A DNA stretch of 64,000 nt, from contig JAHISJ010000025.1 in assembly GCA_018818205.1 (NCBI GenBank), positions 7,343 to 71,342 of the forward strand. The letters are read 5' to 3'. A program made the translations under genes and the position numbers. The notes below the pieces were generated by a model. It saw only the letters and a program-made list of their open reading frames with translations, did no database searches and had not been told where the DNA came from. This DNA is from Patescibacteria group bacterium. Lineage in GTDB: Bacteria > Patescibacteriota > JABMPQ01 > JAHIRA01. Shown here in pieces: positions 39,801 through 48,704 of the stretch (positions within the stretch are counted from its first letter, which is position 1; each line of letters opens with the position of its first letter).

Positions 39801-39974
39801 GGGTTTTCCGTTTGCCGTTGGAGGGCCTTCATAAAAAACAAACGAGTCACTCCCTTTTGTTTTGTCTAACGTTTTTTTAAAGATTGATTTTTGATCCCAA
39901 AAGGTAAGGATTTCTTCTTCCATTTTAGGAAACTGTATGTGCTGATCCGGTTTTTCAAACGATTTTTTTGTCAT
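36870..39974 (-). CDS. ileS: Isoleucyl-tRNA synthetase
   Basis: HIGH-region variant (PPTANGKPGIHHVLARAFKD), KMSKSKGN and a large editing domain. The start was placed at ATG 39974 (MTKKSF...), downstream of the TTG listed in the ORF table. Confidence 0.92.
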   Translation of the reverse strand: MTKKSFEKPDQHIQFPKMEEEILTFWDQKSIFKKTLDKTKGSDSFVFYEGPPTANGKPGIHHVLARAFKDIIPRFKTMQGFYVSRKAGWDTHGLPVELEVEKRLKISGKPEIEKYGIEEFNTECKKSVWEYKDEWEKLTKRIAFWLDLENPYVTYSNEYIESLWWIIKQIYDKGLLYEGHKVVPHCPRCGTALSSHEVAQGYKDVTEPSVYVKFKVKDEDDTYILSWTTTPWTLPGNVALAVGADLDYVKAKKGDETYILAKSRLDILDDDFEVIEEMKGSDLEGIDYEPLFDSLTDVKEKVHYVTTADFVTTDDGSGVVHTAVMYGDDDYRLGEEKGLPKVHTVDENGNFNERVKEFTGMFVKDAEKDIANHLKEKGLLLKKENYTHSYPFCWRCDTPLLYYAKASWFIKTSAVKDELLKNNEQINWIPEHIKHGRFGKWLENVKDWALSRERYWGTPLPIWKCVDCKKTTCVGGYDELSEKSQEKIDLESFDVHRPYVDEIKLTCECGGEMVRETSVLDCWFDSGSMPLAQHHYPFENKELVDNGAEYPADYISEAIDQTRGWFYTLLAVSTVLGKGTSYKNVICLGHINDKNGKKMSKSKGNVIDPWVIINQYGVDALRWYLYTINAPGEPKRFDPKGVEEVVKNVVLKQWNLYTFFATYAGIDNFEPKSDITPKEHILDRWILSHLETVKAEVTEHLEHYNITEACSALEKFIDDLSNWYVRRSRRRFWKSENDTDKLDAYETLHYCLLELTKLEAPFMPFIADKLYQGLLGKEESVHLETYPKPKRNFIDSKLNEEMSSAKTIVTLGHAARDTKQIKVRQPLANVFVLGTDVPQGELLEIVKDELNVKSIQEGSSVESVLQETVKLKFNILGKKYGGQVKEIQKAVQEKNYELKNDKTLEVGDVILLPEEYERVYESTDDKYAVASERDSIVVVDTEITKELEEEGIARELVRHIQEMRKEAGYEVSDRIMINFKAESDQFLSVLEGYTDYIKRETLAEVIGYGNDLGEIKKQVVVDSISIDIGVTKIK

Positions 39975-40192
39975 ACCTTTAAAATGCAAAATTAACGTGT
40001 TACACTAACTGGTAGCTTACAGTCTATTCTAAAAAAATATAGGCAAAAAAGCAATGAGTACTTTGAACTTGGAGGACTTTGGAAAGAATACCACACCCAC
40101 AAAACCATTGACGGGTATACATGTAAATGCTTATATGAAAGTTGCACCTTTTTACTATTGAACAATCTTTTTGTTCACATATAGGAGATCTC

Positions 40193-40531
40193 ATGGAGAA
40201 GCAACAGCGCACCCAACAAAAACGCATTCGAGTTAATCGCTCAAAGAAAAGTAGAGGAAGAAGAAAAGGAGCCTCATCATCTGAGAAGCAAAGCAGTGAT
40301 GCCGACTTAACAATTACTTGGAGAAGTTACAAATTACCAACAATAATTGAGGGGAAAAATATTACCGTCAAATTACAAATGGGAGGCACTCAGTTTAGGC
40401 TTGAGTGCAACACTTGTAATCAAATGAGTTTTGTGCCATTTCAAAACAAAAAGTGGATTTTTGATGATGGAACATTAGAATGCCCCAAATGCGGGAAGAC
40501 TTCGGTAAACCTGTTTGCAGCAAGCAAATAG
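40193..40531 (+). CDS. Small basic zinc-ribbon protein (hypothetical)
   Basis: GGAG precedes ATG 40193. A very basic N-terminus (QQKRIRVNRSKKSRGRRKG) is followed by CNTC...CPKC forming a zinc ribbon. Confidence 0.5.
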   Translation: MEKQQRTQQKRIRVNRSKKSRGRRKGASSSEKQSSDADLTITWRSYKLPTIIEGKNITVKLQMGGTQFRLECNTCNQMSFVPFQNKKWIFDDGTLECPKCGKTSVNLFAASK

Positions 40532-40541
40532 GTTTTTTTGA

Positions 40542-40952
40542 TTACTCAGCTTTTATTAGGTTTCCCTTTTCGTCAAGCTCTACAAAATGCTGTGCCTGAC
40601 CTTCTCTATAAGCAGCACATTGATTTCCTGGTTTATCATCTACTGCTTGTCTGGGGTTATGTCCAATGTCAAGTACCCATCCATCAATCAAATCATTGGA
40701 AAGGCACGGGCCATCAGCCATATTAACACCTTCCGCTTTTTTTCTTAAAAATACTTCTTTAGCTTTAAGTATTGCTAGATCACGCTCGGTCTCCCCTTTT
40801 TTCTCTTCTATTTCATCTAGCTTTTCCCCAGCCTCTTTTGATGTCTCTTGTACTTGATCTGCTGCTTCCTGTGCGGAATCAATGCCTTTGGTAAGCGACG
40901 AGCAGCCTGCCAGTACTAAGCCAAAAATAAGAAGGATTATAATCTTCTTCAT
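40542..40952 (-). CDS. Hypothetical lipoprotein
   Basis: 136 aa with signal peptide and lipobox MKKIIILLIFGLVLAGC, then an acidic coiled region. Confidence 0.55.
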   Translation of the reverse strand: MKKIIILLIFGLVLAGCSSLTKGIDSAQEAADQVQETSKEAGEKLDEIEEKKGETERDLAILKAKEVFLRKKAEGVNMADGPCLSNDLIDGWVLDIGHNPRQAVDDKPGNQCAAYREGQAQHFVELDEKGNLIKAE

Positions 40953-40962
40953 ATACTTTTTG

Positions 40963-42075
40963 TTATGTTATTAAATGCTTATAAATAGCTAGTATCCTCT
41001 CTATTGTTTTTTTACTCTCAAAACGTTTAACGTTTTCATAGCCTTTTTGTATCAACTCATCTCTCAAAGTAGTATCAGTCAGTACCTTTTTAATGCTATC
41101 TCGTATCTCTCCCACATCAAGCGGGTTGCACGGTACTGCGCTACCATGAGCTATTTCAGGCATTGACGATACATCTGAGGTAACTACCGGCACTCCTGCA
41201 CGCTGAGACTCAATGATAGGTAGTCCAAATCCTTCATACAGCGATGGATACACGAGCAATAACGAGTGTATTAAAAACTCACGTTTTTCCCGCTCATTAA
41301 TATCATCATAAAACAGAACTTCTTTTTTTACTAACTCTTCCTTTGAAAAATCTTTAAATACTGCATCTGTGTTCCAGCCCTCACGCCCAATAATGCACAG
41401 TGAATAATCAGAAAATGTAGGGTCTTTTTTTAATTCAAGAAACGAAGCAAAGATAGTGTTTAAATTTTTTCTAGGTTCCAAAGTTCCAATAAACAACAAA
41501 TATGGATTTTCAGGAGGATTGGTACGCGCTGCTTGATCCTCACATATTCGCTCATCTGGTAACATATTATAGACGACAGATATCTTCTTTGATCGAACAT
41601 GAAACTCAGAAATGATATCATTTTTTGTCGACTCTGATACTGCAAGAATATGCGATGCTTTTTTAAGCGAGCGAGGAACAAGCACTTTTTTTGAAAACCA
41701 CTGACCGGAAGGGAACCACTCAGGATGTACATAGATTGCCAAATCGTGCACAGTCACTACTGATTTTCCACTATAAAAAAAGGGTACTGATGTAATTGGT
41801 GAGTGAAACAGATCAAGGTTTTCTTTTTTTAGTATGTTTGAAAAAGTGACGTGCCTATCCCAAAAAGGTATTTTTTCTTTAGGGATCTTAATAATACGTA
41901 CATTATTTCTTTTGAACAACTCAAAGCTTTTGTACGCTTCCGGCAAAAAAAGAACAAACTCAAACGTGTCTTGTTTTATGAGCTCAAAAACAAGTGTAAA
42001 CGTGTGACGCGCAACACCGCCACCCTTTTCATCTTTTGGATCCAGGATTTCTCTGGCATCTATGCCTATCTTCAT
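40963..42075 (-). CDS. Glycosyltransferase family 4 (GT-B fold)
   Basis: 370 aa with a C-terminal EGFGLPIIESQRAGVPVVTSDVSSMPE (E-x7-E) motif. Confidence 0.85.
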   Translation of the reverse strand: MKIGIDAREILDPKDEKGGGVARHTFTLVFELIKQDTFEFVLFLPEAYKSFELFKRNNVRIIKIPKEKIPFWDRHVTFSNILKKENLDLFHSPITSVPFFYSGKSVVTVHDLAIYVHPEWFPSGQWFSKKVLVPRSLKKASHILAVSESTKNDIISEFHVRSKKISVVYNMLPDERICEDQAARTNPPENPYLLFIGTLEPRKNLNTIFASFLELKKDPTFSDYSLCIIGREGWNTDAVFKDFSKEELVKKEVLFYDDINEREKREFLIHSLLLVYPSLYEGFGLPIIESQRAGVPVVTSDVSSMPEIAHGSAVPCNPLDVGEIRDSIKKVLTDTTLRDELIQKGYENVKRFESKKTIERILAIYKHLIT

Positions 42076-42794
42076 TGTTCTTTGTAACTTGAATAAAATT
42101 CCTTGTCATCTGCAAAAACACACTGAACGATAAATGAAGTTTTGTCGCTTTGCAACTCATTGCACAGTTTTCCAAATTCATCTTTAGAAACACTCAGCTC
42201 TTTTGCAACATCCGTGTTATGATGCGTTTTTTTAAACTGAAAAACACGCCATTTAAAAATCCATTTTGGAAGCACAGTAATAATCGGTTTAATGTCACTA
42301 CTATTTTTAGCAGTAACCACAGTTGAGACAACAACACGAACCCCAGAATCTTTTACTAACTCAAGCGCTTTTTTTGCATACGCCAAATGATTGTCTCCAC
42401 GAAACATGCCATTTACCTCTTCTGTTGCGCCGTCGATTGGAATATTTATTTGGTCTAAATAGTTACAAAGCTTTTGAAAAATATTTTTGTTCAAAAGGAT
42501 TCCGTTTGTATGAAGGATAGTTTGAAGGCCATTTTTCTTTGCAAGTTCAACAAGTTGAACCGTATCATCTCTTAAGAGTGGCTCTCCGCCCGAAAATATA
42601 ATAGTGTTATACCCTTTCTCCCTTGCTGATTGAATATCTTCTTTTAGTTCCTGAAATGTGGGATCTTTTTTTGTTTTATCTTCTGGACCAAAACAGTACG
42701 TGCAGGATAAATTACACCGATTAGTTACATTGAGTAGCAAAATTGCGGGCTGTGTGATCATTATTCTACATCTTCTCTGGAGCAGAAACTCCAA
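42072..42794 (-). CDS. Radical SAM protein (small, activase-like)
   Basis: 240 aa with NVTNRCNLSCTYCFGP (CxxxCxxC) and a glycine-rich SAM motif (IIFSGGEPLL). Overlaps the GT4 gene start by 4 nt. Confidence 0.8.
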   Translation of the reverse strand: MEFLLQRRCRIMITQPAILLLNVTNRCNLSCTYCFGPEDKTKKDPTFQELKEDIQSAREKGYNTIIFSGGEPLLRDDTVQLVELAKKNGLQTILHTNGILLNKNIFQKLCNYLDQINIPIDGATEEVNGMFRGDNHLAYAKKALELVKDSGVRVVVSTVVTAKNSSDIKPIITVLPKWIFKWRVFQFKKTHHNTDVAKELSVSKDEFGKLCNELQSDKTSFIVQCVFADDKEFYSSYKEQ

Positions 42795-44442
42795 GAAGGG
42801 TTAACGTGTTCTCTAATGTCGTTTTTATTGCCTTCACCAGCTCAAGTCTTGCCGATGATACCGCCGTGTCCTCTGAAATAACGCGGTAGTGATGATAAAA
42901 ATTATGAAACGCTTTTGCAAGTTCAACGGCAAAGTGGGTCAGCAAATGGACCTCGTAGTTCCGTGCAATAGCGTGAACAAGATCGTGAAATTTAATGAGA
43001 AGCGGCACAATAGTTAGCTCTTCATCGGTTAAAATAGAAAGGTCCACAGGAGAGTTTATGACATCCTCCGGGGCTTTTCTGATAATCGAGCTCATGCGTG
43101 CATGAGCATACTGCACATAATAAACCGGGTTTCTCTCGCTAGTATCGAGTGCTAAATCCAAATCAAAAACAACCGGGCTGTTAACGTCATACATAAGCGA
43201 GAAGTAGCGTAAGACATCAAGGGGGACCGTCTCAAGCACATCATTCATAAGCACATATACGCCCTTTCTCTTTGACATGCGTACTTCTTTCCCTTCCTGT
43301 TCCATTTTCATAAGAGAAATAAGAAGTATGTCGAGCTTAGCATCGTCTATGCCTAAAAAGTGAACACCTGCTTTAAGCCGTGCAACATCTCCATGATGAT
43401 CTGCACCCCATACATTAATCACCTTATCAAATTTTCTTTTTTCAAATTTGTCACTATGATACGCAATATCTCCCATAACATACGTTGGCGCACCATTTTC
43501 CCGTATAAGAACTCTGTCTTTATCGTCATTGTACGTTGATGAAGCAAGCCACCATGCACCATCTTTTTCATACACGTTACCGGATTTTTTTAACCGATCA
43601 AGGGCCGTATCTATCGCACCCGAGTCAAGTAAGTCTTTCTCATGAATCCATGTGTTAAATGTAATACCCATTTTGGAAACGGTTTCCTTTGCAGAAGCAA
43701 TATTCATTGCGAGCGCTTTTGTCGTTACTTCCTCTAAACTTAATCCTGCGCTCTCCTTATGCAATTCATGTGCGATTTCTTCAATATACCCACCTTTATA
43801 CCCATCTTCAGGAAACGGGAATTCTTCACCCGACATATCTTTGTAATAATGATACACGGACCCACCAAGTTTTGTTACTTGATTGCCGGAATCATTGATG
43901 TAATACTCTCTATCTACATCAAAGCCTACTTTCTCAAAAACACTAGAAAGCGTATCACCAGTAAAGCCACCTCTAGCATTGGGGAAGGTAAGGGGGCCCG
44001 TGGGATTTGCTGAGATAAATTCTACTTGGACTTTGGTGCCCTTTCCTATGTCACTCCCCCCAAAACGTGCACCTTCAGCAATAATAGTTCTCACGACATC
44101 CTCAAGTACATAGTTTGCAATAAAAAAGTTTATAAACCCCGGTTTCACAAAATCAACACGCTTAAAATACTCATCTTCTGATAGAATATTGGCGAGCTTT
44201 TCACCAATCTCTATGGGGCTTTTTTTTGCACTCTTTGCAAGAGAAAACGCAATGTTTGTTGCAAAATGCCCGTGTGAACTGTCTTCTGGTTGTTCTATAT
44301 GAATAGGATCAGCATAGTCTATCTTTAATGAAGATAAAACACTCTTGATTTTGGCACGTATCTCTCCTTGGACAAACAAACTATCGGTTCTTTTGTATAT
44401 TTTAGAAAGCGGATTCTCTTTCTCGTTATTCTTTTTTGCCAT
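42766..44442 (-). CDS. argS: Arginyl-tRNA synthetase
   Basis: 558 aa with an N-terminal add-1 domain, a catalytic core (PSSHGHFATNIAF) and a C-terminal DALK-type anticodon-binding domain. Confidence 0.9.
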   Translation of the reverse strand: MAKKNNEKENPLSKIYKRTDSLFVQGEIRAKIKSVLSSLKIDYADPIHIEQPEDSSHGHFATNIAFSLAKSAKKSPIEIGEKLANILSEDEYFKRVDFVKPGFINFFIANYVLEDVVRTIIAEGARFGGSDIGKGTKVQVEFISANPTGPLTFPNARGGFTGDTLSSVFEKVGFDVDREYYINDSGNQVTKLGGSVYHYYKDMSGEEFPFPEDGYKGGYIEEIAHELHKESAGLSLEEVTTKALAMNIASAKETVSKMGITFNTWIHEKDLLDSGAIDTALDRLKKSGNVYEKDGAWWLASSTYNDDKDRVLIRENGAPTYVMGDIAYHSDKFEKRKFDKVINVWGADHHGDVARLKAGVHFLGIDDAKLDILLISLMKMEQEGKEVRMSKRKGVYVLMNDVLETVPLDVLRYFSLMYDVNSPVVFDLDLALDTSERNPVYYVQYAHARMSSIIRKAPEDVINSPVDLSILTDEELTIVPLLIKFHDLVHAIARNYEVHLLTHFAVELAKAFHNFYHHYRVISEDTAVSSARLELVKAIKTTLENTLTLLGVSAPEKM

Positions 44443-44806
44443 CGCGTTTTGTTACTTTGAATCGATTCTTATTAATCTCCATTTTTTCTTGTAGCGTCTT
44501 TGCTAAATCAATATTGAGTGACCGCGCGCATATTAAGCAATAGATAACTACATCGACTAATTCATAGTCAATTTGCTTGTCACGATTTTTAGCATCCTTA
44601 AGCTCTTCTGCCTCGTCAGTAGAAATCCACTGGAAATGTTCTTGAAGCTCTGAGGCTTCCACAGAAATTGCCGATGCAAGATTCTTTGGATTCATTCCAG
44701 CCCCTTTGTGCCATCCGCGTTTTTTATTAAATTCATACAAAAATGTTTGAACGTCACTAAGCGTAGTTTTATCGTCGCTAAATGTAGTTTCTTTTTTATC
44801 TGACAT
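44426..44806 (-). CDS. MazG-like nucleotide pyrophosphohydrolase
   Basis: 126 aa with the EExxE metal-binding helix (AISVEASELQEHFQW) and ELVDVVIYCL, typical of the all-alpha NTP-PPase family. Confidence 0.75.
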   Translation of the reverse strand: MSDKKETTFSDDKTTLSDVQTFLYEFNKKRGWHKGAGMNPKNLASAISVEASELQEHFQWISTDEAEELKDAKNRDKQIDYELVDVVIYCLICARSLNIDLAKTLQEKMEINKNRFKVTKRDGKKE

Positions 44807-45391
44807 TTACTCGATATTAGCATGTTGACGCTTCATTTCTGATTCAGTTGTACCCATAATTTTCATAAGTTCTGCAATGACCGAATCACAGAAAATAAGA
44901 CTAGAGAGTTCAAAGACAGTACCAAGCGGTGTCAGTGTTGCGGTTGCACCTGAGAGTTGATTTGCCGTATAATCCCTATCCTTCTTTTCTTTTCTTACAA
45001 CAGTCTGAATCTTTACAAACACTCCTGCTCCTTTTGCAACTGTTGATTCTTCTTGACCGGTTATGGCAATGACTCGTGCCTTATGCTCTCGTGCGGTAAT
45101 AATACTCGATACCACTGATGCTGTTTCTCCTGATCCAGAAATGGCAACCAATAAATCGCCCGGCCTGAGTGATGGGGTAACGGTGTCACCAACAACATAC
45201 ACAGAAAACCCAAGATGCATAAGTCGCATGGCAAACGCGCGTGCTACTAACCCGCTTCTCCCCGCACCGATCACAAAAATTGTTCGGCTCTTTACAATCT
45301 CATCTACAAATGTATCTACCTGCTCCTCATCAAGATCATTGATGATAGAGGCCACTTTGTTAATGATTTCTTTGCCGGTTTTCTTGATCAT
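44807..45391 (-). CDS. hxlB: 6-phospho-3-hexuloisomerase (SIS domain)
   Basis: 194 aa with a SIS domain (IFVIGAGRSGLVARAFAMRLMHLGF, VAISGSGET). Adjacent to the HPS gene; GmhA is an alternative SIS assignment. Confidence 0.7.
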   Translation of the reverse strand: MIKKTGKEIINKVASIINDLDEEQVDTFVDEIVKSRTIFVIGAGRSGLVARAFAMRLMHLGFSVYVVGDTVTPSLRPGDLLVAISGSGETASVVSSIITAREHKARVIAITGQEESTVAKGAGVFVKIQTVVRKEKKDRDYTANQLSGATATLTPLGTVFELSSLIFCDSVIAELMKIMGTTESEMKRQHANIE

Positions 45392-45395
45392 CGAC

Positions 45396-46031
45396 TTAAT
45401 AATCCTTAATAATATTTTTTATACTTCGTGCGACTCTCTGTGGATCATCAGCAGAAGTAATCGCACCGCCTACAATGACAATATCTACGTCCTCTACCTC
45501 GCACACCCGTTTAGCAATATCCTCATTAATACCTCCGGCAATAATCATAGGGATGTGAGACACTTTTGCAATTGAAATGACTTTTTTAAGAGGATCTTTC
45601 CCTGCCTTTTGCTCGTCTATTCCAGTGTGAACCAAAATATAGTCTGGCTTTAAAGGAATGAGTTCCTTTACTTTACGCTTTACATCATCGACACCGATTA
45701 AGTCAACGGCGACTTTTATAGTACCAAGCTCCCATGCTTTTTTGATCCCACTCTCAATAGTCTCAAGTGGACAGGCGCCTAGAATAGTCATAATATCTGC
45801 ACCAGCTTTTGCTGCCATTTCTACCTCTAAATCACCAACATCTGCAGTCTTCATGTCGGCAACGATCATTTTATCTGGAAACTCTTTCTTAAGTCTTGTA
45901 ATAACGGAGAGTCCTTCTGCTTTAATAAGTGGTGTACCGGCTTCCACAAAATCCACGGCGTCAGCGGTTTTTTTTGCAACGGCCAATGCATCATCGTAAT
46001 TGGTGAAATCAAGTGCAAGTTGGAGATTCAT
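45396..46031 (-). CDS. hxlA: 3-hexulose-6-phosphate synthase (OMP-decarboxylase-like TIM barrel)
   Basis: 211 aa. MNLQLALDFTNYDDALAVAKKTADAVDFVEAGTPLIKAEG matches the HPS/KGPDC N-terminal signature. Confidence 0.8.
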   Translation of the reverse strand: MNLQLALDFTNYDDALAVAKKTADAVDFVEAGTPLIKAEGLSVITRLKKEFPDKMIVADMKTADVGDLEVEMAAKAGADIMTILGACPLETIESGIKKAWELGTIKVAVDLIGVDDVKRKVKELIPLKPDYILVHTGIDEQKAGKDPLKKVISIAKVSHIPMIIAGGINEDIAKRVCEVEDVDIVIVGGAITSADDPQRVARSIKNIIKDY

Positions 46032-46278
46032 TGTTTTATTGTGATTTAGTGCTTTTCTAATGCTTAATTATAGCAGTTTTTTGCTTCTTAGTAAATGTAA
46101 AAAGGTGACCTCCATTTTTTGGCAGGATTCTAATATAAAATGCAATTCAATAAAAAAGTGAGATCGTAGCTTGGCAAAAATCTCACTACTAATAAAAAGT
46201 AGAGGCAGAATCCTACAGAAAAAGTAGTCTAGCCTTCCTTAGTACTTTTTTTGATAATACTTTTACAGTGCTAAGACT

Positions 46279-47313
46279 TCAGGGATATGTCCAAAATCGG
46301 ATAGTGCCATCACTTGACCCAGAAGCTAGTGTTTTTCCATCTGGGCTGAAGGATATAGAATTAACTTCTTTATTATGTCCTTTTAGAGTCTTGAGCTCTT
46401 TCCAGGTCGACGTATCAAAGAGAACGATATAGTTGTAGTTAGAGCCTGCAGCTAAAACTTTCCCATCCGGGCTGAAAGCTAAACAGGTTGGGCTATGTCC
46501 TCGGAATACTTTGAATTCCCTCCAACCATTTGGATACCCCTCATCTCTAATTATCTCAATACCACCATTTTCATTATCTATGGAAGCAAATAGTGAATCA
46601 TCAGGAATAAAAACTATACTGCTTGTATCATTTGATCTAGGGATATAACCTTCGACAAGACTCCAGTCCCATATTTTCCATATTTGTCTGGAAGGGCGCA
46701 TATCCCCAGAAACTAGCAGTCTACTATTATTACTAAACCCAACACTTTTCGCATAAAAGCCCCATTCGCGGTTAAAAAGTTTTTTTATAATAACCCCTGT
46801 TTGTGGGTTCATTACATAAACTATATTGCTATTTTTTTTAACATACGCAAACATAACGTCTGTGCCGAAAGATATATCTATAACAGAGTATAATTCCTTC
46901 AGCATTTTTCCAGAAGATGTGTCCCACAACCCACTATTCGTAGCTATGATTTTACCATCAGGGCTGAAGGCGATCCTAAAACCTCCACTATTTATTATCT
47001 TCAATAGCTTTCTCGAAGCCACCTCCCAAAGCTTTAGGCCTCCAGCCGTATCTCCTGAAGCCAACGTTTTGCCATCGGGACTAAATGACACAGCTAGTAT
47101 TTTAGCAGGTGTGTCATATTTTGTTTTTATTGTAGCAAATACATTCTTACCATCTGGGGAGTCTTCTTTGCTAATAGAATCTTGCATTGAATCATTGGGC
47201 AGAACATCCCCTCCTTCTTTGACACCTTCTCTATTGTCAACAGAAGGTGTACTACATGAAAAAGTGTAAACTAGCATCAAGAAAATAAAAAATAATATAG
47301 GTTTCATACTCAT
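46279..47313 (-). CDS. Secreted/lipoprotein WD40 (PD40-like) beta-propeller protein
   Basis: AAGGGG precedes ATG 47313. It has a signal peptide (MSMKPILFFIFLMLVYTFSCS) and repeated SPDGKTLASGS/FSPDGK WD40-type blades. Confidence 0.7.
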   Translation of the reverse strand: MSMKPILFFIFLMLVYTFSCSTPSVDNREGVKEGGDVLPNDSMQDSISKEDSPDGKNVFATIKTKYDTPAKILAVSFSPDGKTLASGDTAGGLKLWEVASRKLLKIINSGGFRIAFSPDGKIIATNSGLWDTSSGKMLKELYSVIDISFGTDVMFAYVKKNSNIVYVMNPQTGVIIKKLFNREWGFYAKSVGFSNNSRLLVSGDMRPSRQIWKIWDWSLVEGYIPRSNDTSSIVFIPDDSLFASIDNENGGIEIIRDEGYPNGWREFKVFRGHSPTCLAFSPDGKVLAAGSNYNYIVLFDTSTWKELKTLKGHNKEVNSISFSPDGKTLASGSSDGTIRFWTYP

Positions 47314-47596
47314 GCTTATCCCCTTTTCTCTTCTTGACATTTTCTGTACTAGGAAAAACTGACAGTCGCTCTGAAGATCATTAGTTTGTCCAATTACGAT
47401 TTTCTCTCCTTTTCGTGTGTTTAGATTTTTCAATTTCTAAATACACAAGTACTAGTTTCAAAGATCAAATTGTGCTTGGAAAATTATCCCTTGGCACTTA
47501 TATTCATCCTTGCAGATAATTTGCACTGCGTCAATGACGCTTGATCCATGTATTTACTGCTCTGTATTTCTCCTGTACAATAAACCTGAACAAATA

Positions 47597-48061
47597 ATGA
47601 CCGTTATGCCCCAAATTTACGCAAAAAATAAGCGTGCCAGATACGACTATGAAATCCTTGAAACGTACGAGGCTGGGTTAATGCTGACTGGACAAGAGGT
47701 AAAATCAGTTAGAGATAAAACCGTATCGCTTAAAGGCAGTTTTGTGACATTAAAAGGAAATGAGGCATATTTGACCAATGCGCACATCTCACCCTATAAA
47801 CATGCAGGAAAGCTTAAAGCTTATGATCCAACCAGATCAAGAAAGCTTCTTTTGCATAAACATGAGCTTAACTCGCTCATTGGAAAGTTGAAGCAAAAAG
47901 GCTTGACATTAGTGCCACTTTTGTTGTATAATAAAAATAGCCGTATCAAGTTATCATTTGGTCTTGGAAAAGGCAAAAAGAAGTTCGACAAGCGTGATTC
48001 AATAAAAAAACGCGACGTAGAGCGCAAGATCCAACGTATGATGCGCGGTAAGATCTCCTGA
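47597..48061 (+). CDS. smpB: SsrA-binding protein SmpB
   Basis: KNKRARYDYEILETYEAGLMLTGQEVKSVR is the canonical SmpB N-terminus, and there is a basic C-terminal tail. tmRNA lies 50 nt downstream. Confidence 0.88.
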   Translation: MTVMPQIYAKNKRARYDYEILETYEAGLMLTGQEVKSVRDKTVSLKGSFVTLKGNEAYLTNAHISPYKHAGKLKAYDPTRSRKLLLHKHELNSLIGKLKQKGLTLVPLLLYNKNSRIKLSFGLGKGKKKFDKRDSIKKRDVERKIQRMMRGKIS

Positions 48062-48111
48062 TATTTCTGACCCTCCCTGTACCGAATGAATGCTCCCATT
48101 CATCTGGTACA

Positions 48112-48526
48112 GGGGATGTCAGGCATCGATGATGACGTTCTTTTAGAAGACTCAAGTCAAGAGGGCAGAAACTCTTGTAAATCCATTTCTGTGCACGATC
48201 ATAAATGCAAACACTATCGTAAAGGCAAAGGATAAACTAAAAGCCGTTTCAGGTCTTTCAGTTAATCTAACGCCTGCAACTGTTGCCGTCTAATATACGG
48301 TAACCATCCGTTCGTCTCTGCCATGAGAGACGATATGCGGGTGACATACACCATGGCTGCAGCGTCACGTCCCCTTTTTGTGACGACCAAGAGTTTGTAA
48401 AAGGGTATAGCACCACTTATTTTGTTTGTTTAGAGAGTGTTGCCGAACAAAAATTAAACAAACTATACTTGTATAAAGTCATTTAGAATACGTTTTCACA
48501 CGTGGGTTCGATTCCCACCATCTCCA
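48112..48526 (+). ncRNA. ssrA: Transfer-messenger RNA (tmRNA, ssrA), one-piece
   Basis: The 5' end GGGGAUGUCAGGCAUCGAUG resembles E. coli GGGGCUGAUUCUGGAUUCGAC. The 3' end has a T-arm (GUGGG/UUCGAUU/CCCAC) and an acceptor strand CAUCUCC + A that pairs with 5' GGGGAUG (one G-U pair). It sits directly after smpB. A candidate tag ORF (GCA AAC ... GTC TAA) spans 48207-48293. Confidence 0.72.
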
Positions 48527-48647
48527 CGTCGTGACATTACTCCAGCTTACGTGTGCTCCTTCGCAAAGCCTTCGGAGCCCACTCCAGCTTGCGTAATGTC
48601 ACTCCTTCTCCCCACAAATTCAGAAATTTGCGGGGGCCCCACTATAC

Positions 48648-48670
48648 AACCGCTTTATGAGCGGTTTTTT
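48648..48670 (+). terminator. Rho-independent terminator of the ssrA transcript
   Basis: AACCGC/GCGGTT stem with a 7-nt loop, followed by TTTTTT. Confidence 0.55.
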
Positions 48671-48678
48671 GGTCTTTT

Positions 48679-48704
48679 CCCCTCCCCTTTTCCAAGGGGA
48701 GGGG
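48679..48704. repeat. Perfect 11-bp GC-rich palindromic hairpin (CCCCTCCCCTT-TTCC-AAGGGGAGGGG)
   Basis: Exact inverted repeat. Likely a bidirectional terminator between ssrA (plus) and the convergent minus-strand gene ending at 48791. Confidence 0.5.

Noticed and set aside
44807-45391. Assignment of the SIS protein as GmhA (sedoheptulose-7-P isomerase), which would tie it to the HddA/HddC-like genes at 5.4-7.7 kb
   Set aside because: It is immediately adjacent to, and co-oriented with, a clear HPS (hxlA) homologue. That favours PHI (hxlB). GmhA remains an untested alternative.
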